This document shows, piece after piece, positions 18,662 through 28,416 of a stretch of 64,000 nt of DNA (the stretch's first letter is position 1; each line of letters begins with the position of its first letter). Location: positions 43,955 to 107,954 of the forward strand of contig JBHLLT010000009.1 of NCBI GenBank assembly GCA_048938855.1, in the 5' to 3' direction. The position numbers and the translations under genes were made by a program. The stretch is from Promethearchaeota archaeon (lineage in GTDB: Archaea; Asgardarchaeota; Lokiarchaeia; Sigyniarchaeales; SOKP01). The notes under the pieces were generated by a model that had not been told where the DNA came from, made no database searches, and saw only the letters and a list, made by a program, of their open reading frames with translations.

Positions 18662-19573
18662 ATGGATGAAATCGATCTCAAAATCATTCTACTCTTAATG
18701 AATAATTCAAGACTAACATATAGAGAGATATCAGACCATTTAGCTTTATCTGTTAATGCTGTATATAAGCGGGTACAAATTCTTATCGATCTAAAAATTA
18801 TACAAAAATTTACTGCCAGATTGAAGCCTTATGCCATCAATGCTATTTATGCGTTCATATTTGGTCAAAGTAATGCTCAAAATATAGATAACGCAATATT
18901 AGAATTAGGAAAACACGATAATACTTGGCAAATAATATTGTCTAGTAGAAATTATGTTTATATTGGGTCAATGTTAGAAAACATTCATCAATTAGATGAT
19001 TTTTCTTCATATGTGTCTCAAATTCTCGAAATTCAATCTCCAAAAATTGGACTTCTTTCAGGCGTACAATATACGACTCCAATACGATATGTTGTTCCTA
19101 AGTCAAGATCAATGAACTATGACAAACTTGATTTAGAAATTATTCGATCGTTACAAGGAGATTCCCGAAAACCCATATCTGAGATCGCAGATGATGTTAA
19201 TAGCACAGCAAATACAATTCGACGTCGTTTAGCCAGAATGATTGAGGAGGGCATAATCGATTTATCTATTAATTTTAATCCTGAAGACTCTAATGATATT
19301 TTTTCTTTATTTCAAATAACTTTGAACCCTTCAGTCGATAAAAGTGAATTTGCTAAGTATCTGAATGAGAAATATGAACCTAATCTCTTCTATTGTTGGA
19401 CTTTTAGTAATTTGCCAAATCTAGTAGTATGCTGGGTATGGTCAAATACAATGAAAGAATTGACTGATTTAGTTGATAGTATAAAACAAGAAAATATTGA
19501 TTCAATTGTTTTTGATATCATGTATAAAGTGTATTACTTTGATACTTGGAAAGAAAAATTGTTATATGAATAA
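18662..19573 (+). CDS. Lrp/AsnC-family regulator with duplicated HTH-RAM units
   Basis: MDEIDLKIILLLMNNSR...AVYKRV and DKLDLEIIRSLQGDSRKPISEIA...TIRRRL. Confidence 0.9.
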   Translation: MDEIDLKIILLLMNNSRLTYREISDHLALSVNAVYKRVQILIDLKIIQKFTARLKPYAINAIYAFIFGQSNAQNIDNAILELGKHDNTWQIILSSRNYVYIGSMLENIHQLDDFSSYVSQILEIQSPKIGLLSGVQYTTPIRYVVPKSRSMNYDKLDLEIIRSLQGDSRKPISEIADDVNSTANTIRRRLARMIEEGIIDLSINFNPEDSNDIFSLFQITLNPSVDKSEFAKYLNEKYEPNLFYCWTFSNLPNLVVCWVWSNTMKELTDLVDSIKQENIDSIVFDIMYKVYYFDTWKEKLLYE

Positions 19574-19606
19574 AAAAATGTTATTTGTATTTGAGATAAC
19601 TATGAA

Positions 19607-20449
19607 TTAAATTACGCATAGACTTATCCAAATAGTAACTCTTACAAAATGTATAATATAAGTAGTAATACCTCCAATTAAAATAATCTTCTGTAAATTT
19701 TGTTTTTTAAGAGCACCGATTTGATTTATCTCTAATTTCCATAATATTAAAGTTGAAATTCCTATAATTCCTACTACTCCTGATAAACATATTTCTGAAA
19801 AGAGAAGAAACCATGAAAAAATTGGATTAATTGTACCAAAACAATCACCACCCGTACTTGCAAGATAAATTGCTCGAATAAAGAAAAAAATTGGCCCCCC
19901 ACCTAAAAGAATCCATTTTAATCGATTTAGGTATAAGTGAAAACTTGAATTTATTAAGTTAATACTATTTTGATTAATCTCTTTTTTAATTTTATGATTA
20001 TTTACCTCATCTGAGATACTTAAACCAACTTGTTCCATTAATTCTAAAGATTTTTCCAGTAATGGACCTTCTTTATCGAGTACTATTCCCGTAATGGGTG
20101 AATGGATTATCTTCAAGTTCATCTTTTTTAGGTATCTTATAATTCGTTTGGCAGCAGAACCAGCTAATCGAAAATCTCCCTTTGTTTCAAAAGCAAAACC
20201 ATATTTTCCATCCATTTTGAATAGTTTAATTCTGTTTAGGAATAATTTTATCTCTTTTGAGGCTCCATGAAAGTGTGTTGGACCTCCAATTCCAATAATA
20301 TCATAGTTTTTAACTTCTTTTGTATCAATATTCTGTATTGACTTACAGTCTACATAAATCCCTCCCGCTTCTAATCCGCGGCTTAATGACATTGCTACTC
20401 TTTTTGTATTTCCATATACAGAATCATACAATACTAATGCTTTTTTCAT
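19607..20449 (-). CDS. Flavodoxin domain fused to C-terminal 3-TM segment
   Basis: YDSVYGNTKRVA, GGPTH, AFET; last ~100 aa hold three hydrophobic helices. Confidence 0.75.
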   Translation of the reverse strand: MKKALVLYDSVYGNTKRVAMSLSRGLEAGGIYVDCKSIQNIDTKEVKNYDIIGIGGPTHFHGASKEIKLFLNRIKLFKMDGKYGFAFETKGDFRLAGSAAKRIIRYLKKMNLKIIHSPITGIVLDKEGPLLEKSLELMEQVGLSISDEVNNHKIKKEINQNSINLINSSFHLYLNRLKWILLGGGPIFFFIRAIYLASTGGDCFGTINPIFSWFLLFSEICLSGVVGIIGISTLILWKLEINQIGALKKQNLQKIILIGGITTYIIHFVRVTIWISLCVI

Positions 20450-20667
20450 ATTTTTCCCTCACTTTTTAATGTCTGAAGCATTGCGTAATTTTTTCGATAG
20501 AATAATTTTGTAAACCAACCATGTTCTCTTTCACAAAAAGGTACGCTATTTGATGCGGAATGATTTTTTTTGCATTGTTCACACTTTCCGTGATTAGAAC
20601 ATTCTGTTTTTGGACAAGGGCAATTAACGTTTATAAAAATCACCTCATTTATATTTAATTTATGCAT
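20446..20667 (-). CDS. Small Cys/His-rich metal-binding protein
   Basis: CPCPKTECSNHGKCEQCKKNH...PFC; ATGA overlap with downstream gene. Confidence 0.65.
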   Translation of the reverse strand: MHKLNINEVIFINVNCPCPKTECSNHGKCEQCKKNHSASNSVPFCEREHGWFTKLFYRKNYAMLQTLKSEGKI

Positions 20668-20743
20668 AGAATACTTCTAGATATAAATCCGAGTTCAGAG
20701 ATGAGTATGCAAAACTCCTAATTTCCATATCAAATTTAATTAG

Positions 20744-20767
20744 ATTTTCAACGAGTTGGTTGAAAAT
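20744..20767. promoter_or_regulatory. Inverted repeat in divergent promoter region (putative operator)
   Basis: ATTTTCAAC-N6-GTTGAAAAT perfect 9-bp inverted repeat. Confidence 0.45.
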
Positions 20768-20915
20768 TCCACACTAAAATCTGTGTTATTTTTTGAATTT
20801 AGTTGAAAAAACTCATCATATAATACTCTAATTTTGATATTTTGTCCAACTTTCATCATACATGGAAATATATGAGAATTATCGCTGTTAACAAATTAAC
20901 TCAAAATTATATGAG

Positions 20916-21251
20916 GTGAAAAGTTTGGAAAAAAATATAAAAACATTGAAGAAAGTAATGAAAAGTGTTATAAAATCAATTCTATTGCTATTTTACATAA
21001 TTTTTGTAGTGTCTTTAATAGGTGGAGGAATTTCAGCAGGTATTATGACTTTAATTCCTGATGATGCGAGTAAATTGTGTTATTTAGGTTATTATGCACA
21101 TTGTTCATTTACTCCATTTAGTACATTGATTTTATTTGTTATGGCATTTGTAGGAACAATTCTTTTAACAAAATTCATAAAATATTCTAGAAGAAAATAT
21201 CGCGAGATAATAGAAACTAGGCCAATTTTAAAAAATGTGATCAGAAGATGA
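20916..21251 (+). CDS. Small 2-TM membrane protein with Cys loop
   Basis: Two TM helices flanking LCYLGYYAHCSFTPFST. Confidence 0.6.
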   Translation: MKSLEKNIKTLKKVMKSVIKSILLLFYIIFVVSLIGGGISAGIMTLIPDDASKLCYLGYYAHCSFTPFSTLILFVMAFVGTILLTKFIKYSRRKYREIIETRPILKNVIRR

Positions 21252-21286
21252 AAATTAAATCCTTTTTTTTTAAAATTTTATTCTAT

Positions 21287-22420
21287 TTATTTAATCCTTT
21301 TAATTCTTCTAAAGTTTTTATCTTCTTTCCTTTTTTCTTGAAGTATCAATTTACTTTTTGCAATAGCTTGATATAAATCTGAAAAACTTTCAGGTGGTAT
21401 TGATTCTTTTGACTTTTTAACTAAATTACGAGCATTCTCAGGACAAACTGGAATACATACACCGCATCCTATGCAATAACCAAGATTAACTTCACATATT
21501 CCTTCATCATTGATAATGTTTGCTTCCATATGGCAACTAGTAATGCATTCGACACAACCTGTACATAAATCACTGTCAACTTCTACAAAAAAATTTGAAT
21601 TAATATATTGAGCAGGATTTGCATATTTCTTAAGATTACTAAGGACTATACAAGAACATCCGCAGCAAGAGCATATCATAAATGGTTTTTGGGCGTTACT
21701 GGGGCAAATTACCATTCCTTTATCTTGTGTCTGTTGTAAAATTTCAAGTGCTTCCTCTTTTGTAATCTCACGACCTTGTTCAAGAAATATCCTAGGATTC
21801 ACACCAATTGAAATACATGTTTCTATCGGATGATCACATCCTTTTCCTTGAATTTTTTTTGATTGTCTACATATGCAAGGACATAAATATAAAGTTTTAT
21901 CAACATTTTCTATAATAGTTTTAATTTCATCGAAATTTGATACATTAAATTCCAAATTAATGCTCTTTTCTATGGGAATAGTTCTTACCTGTAAAATGCC
22001 ATTCTCTAACATTGCTGAAGTGAAACCCTCGTCCATATATCTATCACAATCTTCTGCAAATTCTCTAGTTAACTTATCTACTTGGTAATCATAAAATCCC
22101 ACCATTAAAAATGCTATAGAATAATAATTTGTTCCATCTCTTCTTCGAATCCAGTTTATTGAACCTTTTTTAGCCATTTCTAGAAGGGCTTCAGAAAATT
22201 GCTCGAATGTCCAGCCTTTTTTCTTGAAAGGTCTAAACATTGCTTTTGGCTCTTGAGGAATAACTTTTAGATTTAAAGCTATCTCTGCTTCTTGAGGTGT
22301 AAATAGATGTTTTAATATCTTTATTTCTACACCTGATTCTGTCTCAGGATAATCAACTGGAAGAGAATCTAGGTATTGCTGGAGTTTTCGATAAATCAAA
22401 TCTTTACTATTGGAACTCAT
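21287..22420 (-). CDS. 4Fe-4S dicluster-domain protein with N-terminal wHTH-like region
   Basis: CPCICR, ICSCCGCSC, CTGCVECITSC, CIGCGVCIPVCP. Confidence 0.85.
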   Translation of the reverse strand: MSSNSKDLIYRKLQQYLDSLPVDYPETESGVEIKILKHLFTPQEAEIALNLKVIPQEPKAMFRPFKKKGWTFEQFSEALLEMAKKGSINWIRRRDGTNYYSIAFLMVGFYDYQVDKLTREFAEDCDRYMDEGFTSAMLENGILQVRTIPIEKSINLEFNVSNFDEIKTIIENVDKTLYLCPCICRQSKKIQGKGCDHPIETCISIGVNPRIFLEQGREITKEEALEILQQTQDKGMVICPSNAQKPFMICSCCGCSCIVLSNLKKYANPAQYINSNFFVEVDSDLCTGCVECITSCHMEANIINDEGICEVNLGYCIGCGVCIPVCPENARNLVKKSKESIPPESFSDLYQAIAKSKLILQEKRKEDKNFRRIKRIK

Positions 22421-22741
22421 AGACTTTATTTATTTTTTATTTTATAAAAATTTGACATTTAGATTTACTTTGATTTTATATTCTTATAACTGAAATTATT
22501 TTATCATAAGTTCAATTTTAGGACAATAATTTCCCATTATATTCCCCTAATTAATAAAATTGAGGTAGAATTTGTATACATTTTTTAAAAAATGATTAAA
22601 AATTTTCAATTTGCCCAATAGATTTAAATATCCAACTTTCGTATATAAGCATATCACGTATATTAAGTATTTATTGAATTTTTAATAACCGTGATTTTTG
22701 TAGTTAACGCTTTTCTAACAACTTATTATTTGTGAACAACT

Positions 22742-23668
22742 ATGAATGAGCAGTTCCGTACTTTTCTGAAAAATAACAAAATCGATGAAGATACACTCCC
22801 TCGTAAAAATTGTTGTAACAATCCATTTATTGAATCTAGGGATGGGAATAAGGTTTGTTTGAACTGTGGGGTAATCTTCGAAAGAACTTATGTTGGAAAT
22901 GAGAGAAGGGCATATACAATTGAAGAGATACAGAATCGGCGTAGAACAGAGCCACGTTGGCGGGATTTTGGCCCTCGAACAATGCTTCCAACAACTAAAA
23001 CCGATAGTAAAGGTAAAAGTATTGGTGCAAAAGAACAAGCGCTTTTCTCTCGTCTTTCAAAAATTCAGAATTCACTAATATCAAGCATCGAAAGAAACTT
23101 TTGGGAAGCAAAACCAAAATTGAAGATGCTTACGTCAAAACTTAATGTGCCAGAATATATTGCAGAAACAGCATGGAAAATATATAGTTTAGTAGCTAAA
23201 AAGAAATTAACTATGGGAAGATCAATAAATGGTTTTATTTCGGGATCACTATATGCTGCTATTCGTGTTCATGATTTTCCACGGCTTTTAGATGAAATTT
23301 GTGAAGCATCACTAACACCTAGAAGAACTGTTCATAGAAGTCTAGCAATGATTATTCGTGAAGTATTACCTGAACTCAAGTTAAGATACCAGCCAATTAC
23401 GGCTGAAAGTTTAGTATTTCGTTTTGGTAATGAATTAGATTTACCAATTTCGATACAAAAAAATGCTATAAATATGTTAAAAGATGCTTCTAAAAATGGT
23501 TTGAAGCGAACTGGGAAAGATCCTAAAGGATTAGCCGCTGCATGTATATATATCGCTGCAAAAAATGGTGCAATTCGTAAAACTCAATCCAAAGTTGCTG
23601 ATGTAGCAAAGATTACCGAGGTCACGTTGAGATCTCGTGCTAAACAAATAAAAAGCAAATTAACTTAA
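22742..23668 (+). CDS. tfb: Transcription initiation factor IIB (TFB)
   Basis: Zn ribbon CCNN...VCLNCG, cyclin repeats with MGRSI and GKDPKGLAAACIYI, TQSKVADVAKITEVTLR. Confidence 0.92.
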   Translation: MNEQFRTFLKNNKIDEDTLPRKNCCNNPFIESRDGNKVCLNCGVIFERTYVGNERRAYTIEEIQNRRRTEPRWRDFGPRTMLPTTKTDSKGKSIGAKEQALFSRLSKIQNSLISSIERNFWEAKPKLKMLTSKLNVPEYIAETAWKIYSLVAKKKLTMGRSINGFISGSLYAAIRVHDFPRLLDEICEASLTPRRTVHRSLAMIIREVLPELKLRYQPITAESLVFRFGNELDLPISIQKNAINMLKDASKNGLKRTGKDPKGLAAACIYIAAKNGAIRKTQSKVADVAKITEVTLRSRAKQIKSKLT

Positions 23669-23674
23669 AACTTT

Positions 23675-24250
23675 TTAATCTTTTACATTTTTTTCTTGTT
23701 TTTCAGCTTCTTCTTGTAAGAGAGACCATTTTATACCAACAGCAGTGATACATAATCCAAGTAGTAAATAAAACGTATTCACTGAAAGAAAGAAAATCCA
23801 AAATAACGCAGCACTGTAGGAAGTAATTGTAGGACTGTAAAGAGCAGATTGAAACCGAATGGTGGTAAAAGTGGATGTGATTTTAGTCTTTCCTAACAAC
23901 ACTAAAAAATCCATTTTAACTAAACCAGCCAATAAAGCAACCATACCGATGATTATTATAAGTTTAGCTAATGCACTGCTTTCAATTTTCTTTTTTGAGG
24001 AGATTTTAAAAATGAAAATACCCAAAATTAAAAAACATACCATAGAAATAATCACAAATAACCATAATAATGTTCCCGAAAATGGAAATATAGTAGAGGA
24101 GTATACAAATTCAGATAACATTAAAATGTTCCCATCAAGAATAAAGGGAGTAAAATTCAATATTACTATATATGCTAATTCGATTATTGAAATAATGATA
24201 AATGTAGAACCTACAATTTCAAGAAATTTAAGAACTTTTTCGTATTTCAT
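23675..24250 (-). CDS. 4-TM membrane protein
   Basis: ORF track start 24361; ATG at 24250 (MKYEKVLK) is more plausible; four hydrophobic helices. Confidence 0.6.
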   Translation of the reverse strand: MKYEKVLKFLEIVGSTFIIISIIELAYIVILNFTPFILDGNILMLSEFVYSSTIFPFSGTLLWLFVIISMVCFLILGIFIFKISSKKKIESSALAKLIIIIGMVALLAGLVKMDFLVLLGKTKITSTFTTIRFQSALYSPTITSYSAALFWIFFLSVNTFYLLLGLCITAVGIKWSLLQEEAEKQEKNVKD

Positions 24251-24401
24251 ATTTAACACGTTGAAATTTTGTAAAAAAGCAAGAAAATTTTTTATGCAAT
24301 TATACTTATTATTGTTTTTGAAATTAATAAAAATTTTTAATATTAATGTTTTTTTTATCAATTTTATTTAAAAATAATTAATCTCCCATAATGATTTTAT
24401 A

Positions 24402-25367
24402 TTGAAAAAGCAAAAAAAGCTAGACACAGAAATAGCAAGCTGTTCTCATAAAAATATCAAACAAGATAGTGGATTTATCGTTTGCCAAGATTGTGGATTG
24501 ATCATGGAAGAAAATGTAGCATTTGAAAATACAGTATCAAGCAGTGAATACTTTGACGATTCACAGAGAGACTATGAGAGAAGAATTAAGATAGGTGATT
24601 CAAAAGCACTCCAAGATCCTATCATAAAAGAGAAATATGATCGTATTAAAACTCTAGAAAAATGGTTTAGAGATTATGAGTCTGATTTTACTGAACAGAA
24701 AAAGACAATTGAATTACTTAAAAGTCATGGAATCGGATTAAACATTGATAACGTTAGATATAAAGAGATTAAGGATAGATACCTGAAGTACAATAAATAT
24801 CATCGACATAATTATCAAAACATGGTGATAATTTTTCTTGCAATTGTATGGATGCAAATAAAAGATACTACAAACATTAGAATCGAGGATTTCATTAATA
24901 CTTCAAGAAGTCTAGGACACAAAATAAATAAAAAAATGTTAAACAATGCTATGTTAAAAATTAAGCGAACTGAAAAAATCTTCAAAGAAAAAAAAGGAAC
25001 TGTAGAATTAGAAAGAGAAATTAAAGGAAAAATTAAAATTGTCTTTCAAAAAGATTTAAACAACATTCCATATGAAAAAGTGCAAGAATTTTTTAATAAT
25101 CAGGTCGAATTTGAAAAAATAAAAATCGAAATGCAATTATTGGCAGATAAAATATTAAATAAAATAACATATCAGCAGATTCAGAGTCTTAATTATAAAG
25201 CCTTTACAGCGGGTTTAATCTATTATATATCGCAAACTTTGTCCAATAGAAAGATTTTTACGCAAAGTTTAGTTGAAAGTACTAGTAAATTTTCAAGTAC
25301 TACAATTAGAAAAAAATATCATTTCCTAAAAGATTTATTGGGAGATCCCCAGAATCTTAACCTCTGA
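24402..25367 (+). CDS. Divergent TFB-like protein
   Basis: N-terminal CSH...VCQDCG Zn ribbon; C-terminal AFTAGLIYYI...TQSLVESTSKFSSTTIRKKY resembles the TFB final cyclin-repeat HTH. Confidence 0.65.
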   Translation: MKKQKKLDTEIASCSHKNIKQDSGFIVCQDCGLIMEENVAFENTVSSSEYFDDSQRDYERRIKIGDSKALQDPIIKEKYDRIKTLEKWFRDYESDFTEQKKTIELLKSHGIGLNIDNVRYKEIKDRYLKYNKYHRHNYQNMVIIFLAIVWMQIKDTTNIRIEDFINTSRSLGHKINKKMLNNAMLKIKRTEKIFKEKKGTVELEREIKGKIKIVFQKDLNNIPYEKVQEFFNNQVEFEKIKIEMQLLADKILNKITYQQIQSLNYKAFTAGLIYYISQTLSNRKIFTQSLVESTSKFSSTTIRKKYHFLKDLLGDPQNLNL

Positions 25368-25422
25368 TTTTCAAGTCTATATTAAATAATATTTATTTAG
25401 AATTATAGTTTTAATAAATAAA

Positions 25423-28299
25423 ATGTCATTATCTCAGAAACGAAATGAAATCTATTATTACAATCAACCAATAGAGGAAATTGTAAAAGATTTAAATACA
25501 AATATAGAGGTTGGATTAAATTCCTCTGAATTAGATGAACGCTATCAAAAATCGGGCTTTAATGAATTACCAAAAATTAAAAAGTCTATTTGGAGAATAT
25601 ATCTTGCCCCAATTTTTAATTTTTTAATAATGATCCTTCTGATTGCAAGTATTATAATTGTAATATTAGGATCTCCAGGAGAAACTCTTATTACGTTCAC
25701 AGTCGTAATAATTAACTCAGTTACAGCAATAGTTCAACAATATCGTGCTCAGAAAGCCCTAGAGTCTTTAAGAGAAATATCCGCTTTAAAAACAACTGTT
25801 CTACGAGATGGAAAACGGATTGAAATAAAGACGAAAGATATTGTTCCTGGAGATATTGTTATTTTAAATCAAGGAGATAAAATACCTGCAGACGGTAGAA
25901 TATGTGAATTCACAAATTTTACTGTTGATGAAGCTCCTCTCACTGGAGAAAGTGAACCTGTTGAAAAAAATAGTTTTATTTTAGATAGTATAAATATTCC
26001 TCTTCAGAATCAATCGAATATGGCATTTATGGGAACATATGTACGAACGGGAAGAGCAAAAGAATTAGTTACTAGAACAGGTATTAATACAGAAATTGGA
26101 AAAATTTCCCAAACTCTAAACGAGATGGGAAGTATTGAAGATATTCCATTAACTAGAAAATTAAATCATTTAGGACATATCCTTGGAATCCTTGTAATTA
26201 TAAATCTTTTCATTTTGTTAGGATCGAAACTTGTAATACTAGCCATTCAGGGAAATCTTATTCAAAATTTTGTTATTGAGGCAATTACGGATTCAGTAAT
26301 AAGATCAATGAACATTGTTCCTATAAATCTACCTTTACTATCAACTTTAGTTCTTATCACTGGTGTTTTAACAATGGCTCAAAGTGGTGTAATTATCAAG
26401 AACTTGTCCGCAATTGAATCTCTTGGAAGAGTTTCGGTAATTTGTTCAGATAAAACAGGTACAATTACCAAAAATGAAATGACCGTAGAAAATTTTTGGA
26501 TAAATGAACAAGAATATGAGGTAACCGGATCTGGATATAATGCAGATGGTCAAATCTTTAAAGATCATACTCCAATAAATTTAAACTCTAATAGTACATT
26601 CATAAAATTTCTTAATTCTATTGTTATAAATAATACTGCTACTTTAGAATTTGAAGATGTTAAAGTTAAGTTAAAGGAGGTTAAAGAGAAGGCAATAAGA
26701 AGAGCATTAGGCTCACCTACGGAAGCAGCATTACTAGTCTTAACTGAAAAAGCTAAGATATATCCTTATGACATTGAAAAGCAATTTACTAAGATTGATG
26801 AATTTTCATTTAGTTCAGAAGAAAAACTAATGACAACGCTAGCTAAAAATTTAAGAAATAATGATGAAATATTTGCATTTTCGAAAGGTGCTCCAGAAAA
26901 AATACTTTCACTATCCTCCCAAATTGAAATTGATGGAGAATTGAAAGATTTTGATTATGGTTATAAAAACATAATTCTTGATCTTATCAATAAACGTGCA
27001 GAACAAGGATTTAGAACTTTAGGAATTGCTTATAGAATTTTAGGTAAAATTAATGGATTAAAAAGAGAAGAAATTGAGAAAAACTTAATTTTCCTAGGTT
27101 TTGTATCTATTATGGATCCTCCACGTCCAGATGTTAAAAAAGCTGTTGAAGAGTGCCAAGCAGGAGGTATAAAAGTAATTATGATAACTGGAGATCATCC
27201 AGCAACAGCAAAAACCATTGCCTCACAAATGGGCATTTTTAGAGAAGGTGATTTTGTAGCTACTGGCAACCAAATCGAAAATCTACCTATGAAAGATTTT
27301 AATAAAACAACAGTATTTGCTCGAGTTGAACCTAATGATAAAGAAATAATAGTTAAAAATTATCAGAACCAGAATTATATTTGTGCTATGACTGGAGATG
27401 GTATCAATGATGCTCCTGCTCTTAAATTAGCTAACGCGGGGATTGCTATGGGAATTACAGGAACCGATTTAGCTAAAGAAACTTCTGATATGGTAATTAC
27501 AGATGACAATTTCTCTTCTATTAAACAGGGGGTCAAAACAGGAAGAGGAATCTTTGCCAAAATAAGAACTATTATTTTCTTCTTTATATGTATTAACATT
27601 GTAGAAGGGATAATATTTTTTACTTTCGAACTAATAAAGCCTTTCATAGGATTCGCACTTTTTGCATCAAACTGGCAGCATATCTATATATTTGGAATTG
27701 TTCATTCCCTTCCCTCATTAGCTTTAGTAATTGATACTCATCCAAAAGATATAATGAATGAACCACCTAGAGATGAAGAACAATTATTAAACAAGAATAT
27801 GTGGATCATGCTATTAGTCCAGGCTTTTCTAATTGGTTTAGGTTTAATTCTCGCCTTACAATTAACATTAAACGGATTAATTCCTTTAAATGAATGGAAT
27901 TTAAATCCAATTTTAAGTTATATTCCATCATCCATTCCTTTAGATCTTGTAGCTCAAAAAGCAAGAACAATGTTTATTACTACAATATTCATTGTTGAGA
28001 CTAATTTCATATGGACATTTAGAAGACCTAATAAATCTATGTACAAAAGTTTCAAAGAAGAACTTAGCTATTCATTATTAGTAGTATGTTTATTTACTTT
28101 GGCATTACATGTTTTATATATTTTGTTCTCCTATACCGTTAATCATTATGTAAATGATGTATTTGGTTGGCATCTAAATATTAATTTCATGTTTCTTAGT
28201 GGAACAGATTGGCTAATTTGTATTTTACTAGCATTACCGGGATTTATTGGAGTTGAAATTTTTAAATATTTTGCCCGAGAGAGAAATATTCATTTTTAG
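25423..28299 (+). CDS. P-type ATPase (P2A-like scaffold, atypical ion-binding residues)
   Basis: LTGES, CSDKTGT, KGAPE, MDPPR, ITGD, TGDGINDAPAL; M4 NIVPINLP. Confidence 0.95.
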   Translation: MSLSQKRNEIYYYNQPIEEIVKDLNTNIEVGLNSSELDERYQKSGFNELPKIKKSIWRIYLAPIFNFLIMILLIASIIIVILGSPGETLITFTVVIINSVTAIVQQYRAQKALESLREISALKTTVLRDGKRIEIKTKDIVPGDIVILNQGDKIPADGRICEFTNFTVDEAPLTGESEPVEKNSFILDSINIPLQNQSNMAFMGTYVRTGRAKELVTRTGINTEIGKISQTLNEMGSIEDIPLTRKLNHLGHILGILVIINLFILLGSKLVILAIQGNLIQNFVIEAITDSVIRSMNIVPINLPLLSTLVLITGVLTMAQSGVIIKNLSAIESLGRVSVICSDKTGTITKNEMTVENFWINEQEYEVTGSGYNADGQIFKDHTPINLNSNSTFIKFLNSIVINNTATLEFEDVKVKLKEVKEKAIRRALGSPTEAALLVLTEKAKIYPYDIEKQFTKIDEFSFSSEEKLMTTLAKNLRNNDEIFAFSKGAPEKILSLSSQIEIDGELKDFDYGYKNIILDLINKRAEQGFRTLGIAYRILGKINGLKREEIEKNLIFLGFVSIMDPPRPDVKKAVEECQAGGIKVIMITGDHPATAKTIASQMGIFREGDFVATGNQIENLPMKDFNKTTVFARVEPNDKEIIVKNYQNQNYICAMTGDGINDAPALKLANAGIAMGITGTDLAKETSDMVITDDNFSSIKQGVKTGRGIFAKIRTIIFFFICINIVEGIIFFTFELIKPFIGFALFASNWQHIYIFGIVHSLPSLALVIDTHPKDIMNEPPRDEEQLLNKNMWIMLLVQAFLIGLGLILALQLTLNGLIPLNEWNLNPILSYIPSSIPLDLVAQKARTMFITTIFIVETNFIWTFRRPNKSMYKSFKEELSYSLLVVCLFTLALHVLYILFSYTVNHYVNDVFGWHLNINFMFLSGTDWLICILLALPGFIGVEIFKYFARERNIHF

Positions 28300-28416
28300 A
28301 TTTCTCTTAAATCTTTAATTTTTTAAATCATGATTATTATAGGTTATTTATTATATTGATTAGATATTTTTAGTCAATTTTTTTTTAATCACACAAAAAA
28401 TTGTGGATGAGCCACT

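Noticed and set aside
23859-24371. 170-aa + strand ORF and similar short antisense ORFs (e.g. 22715..23038, 48794..49147, 58868..59230)
   Set aside because: They lie opposite better-supported genes and show no recognisable motifs.
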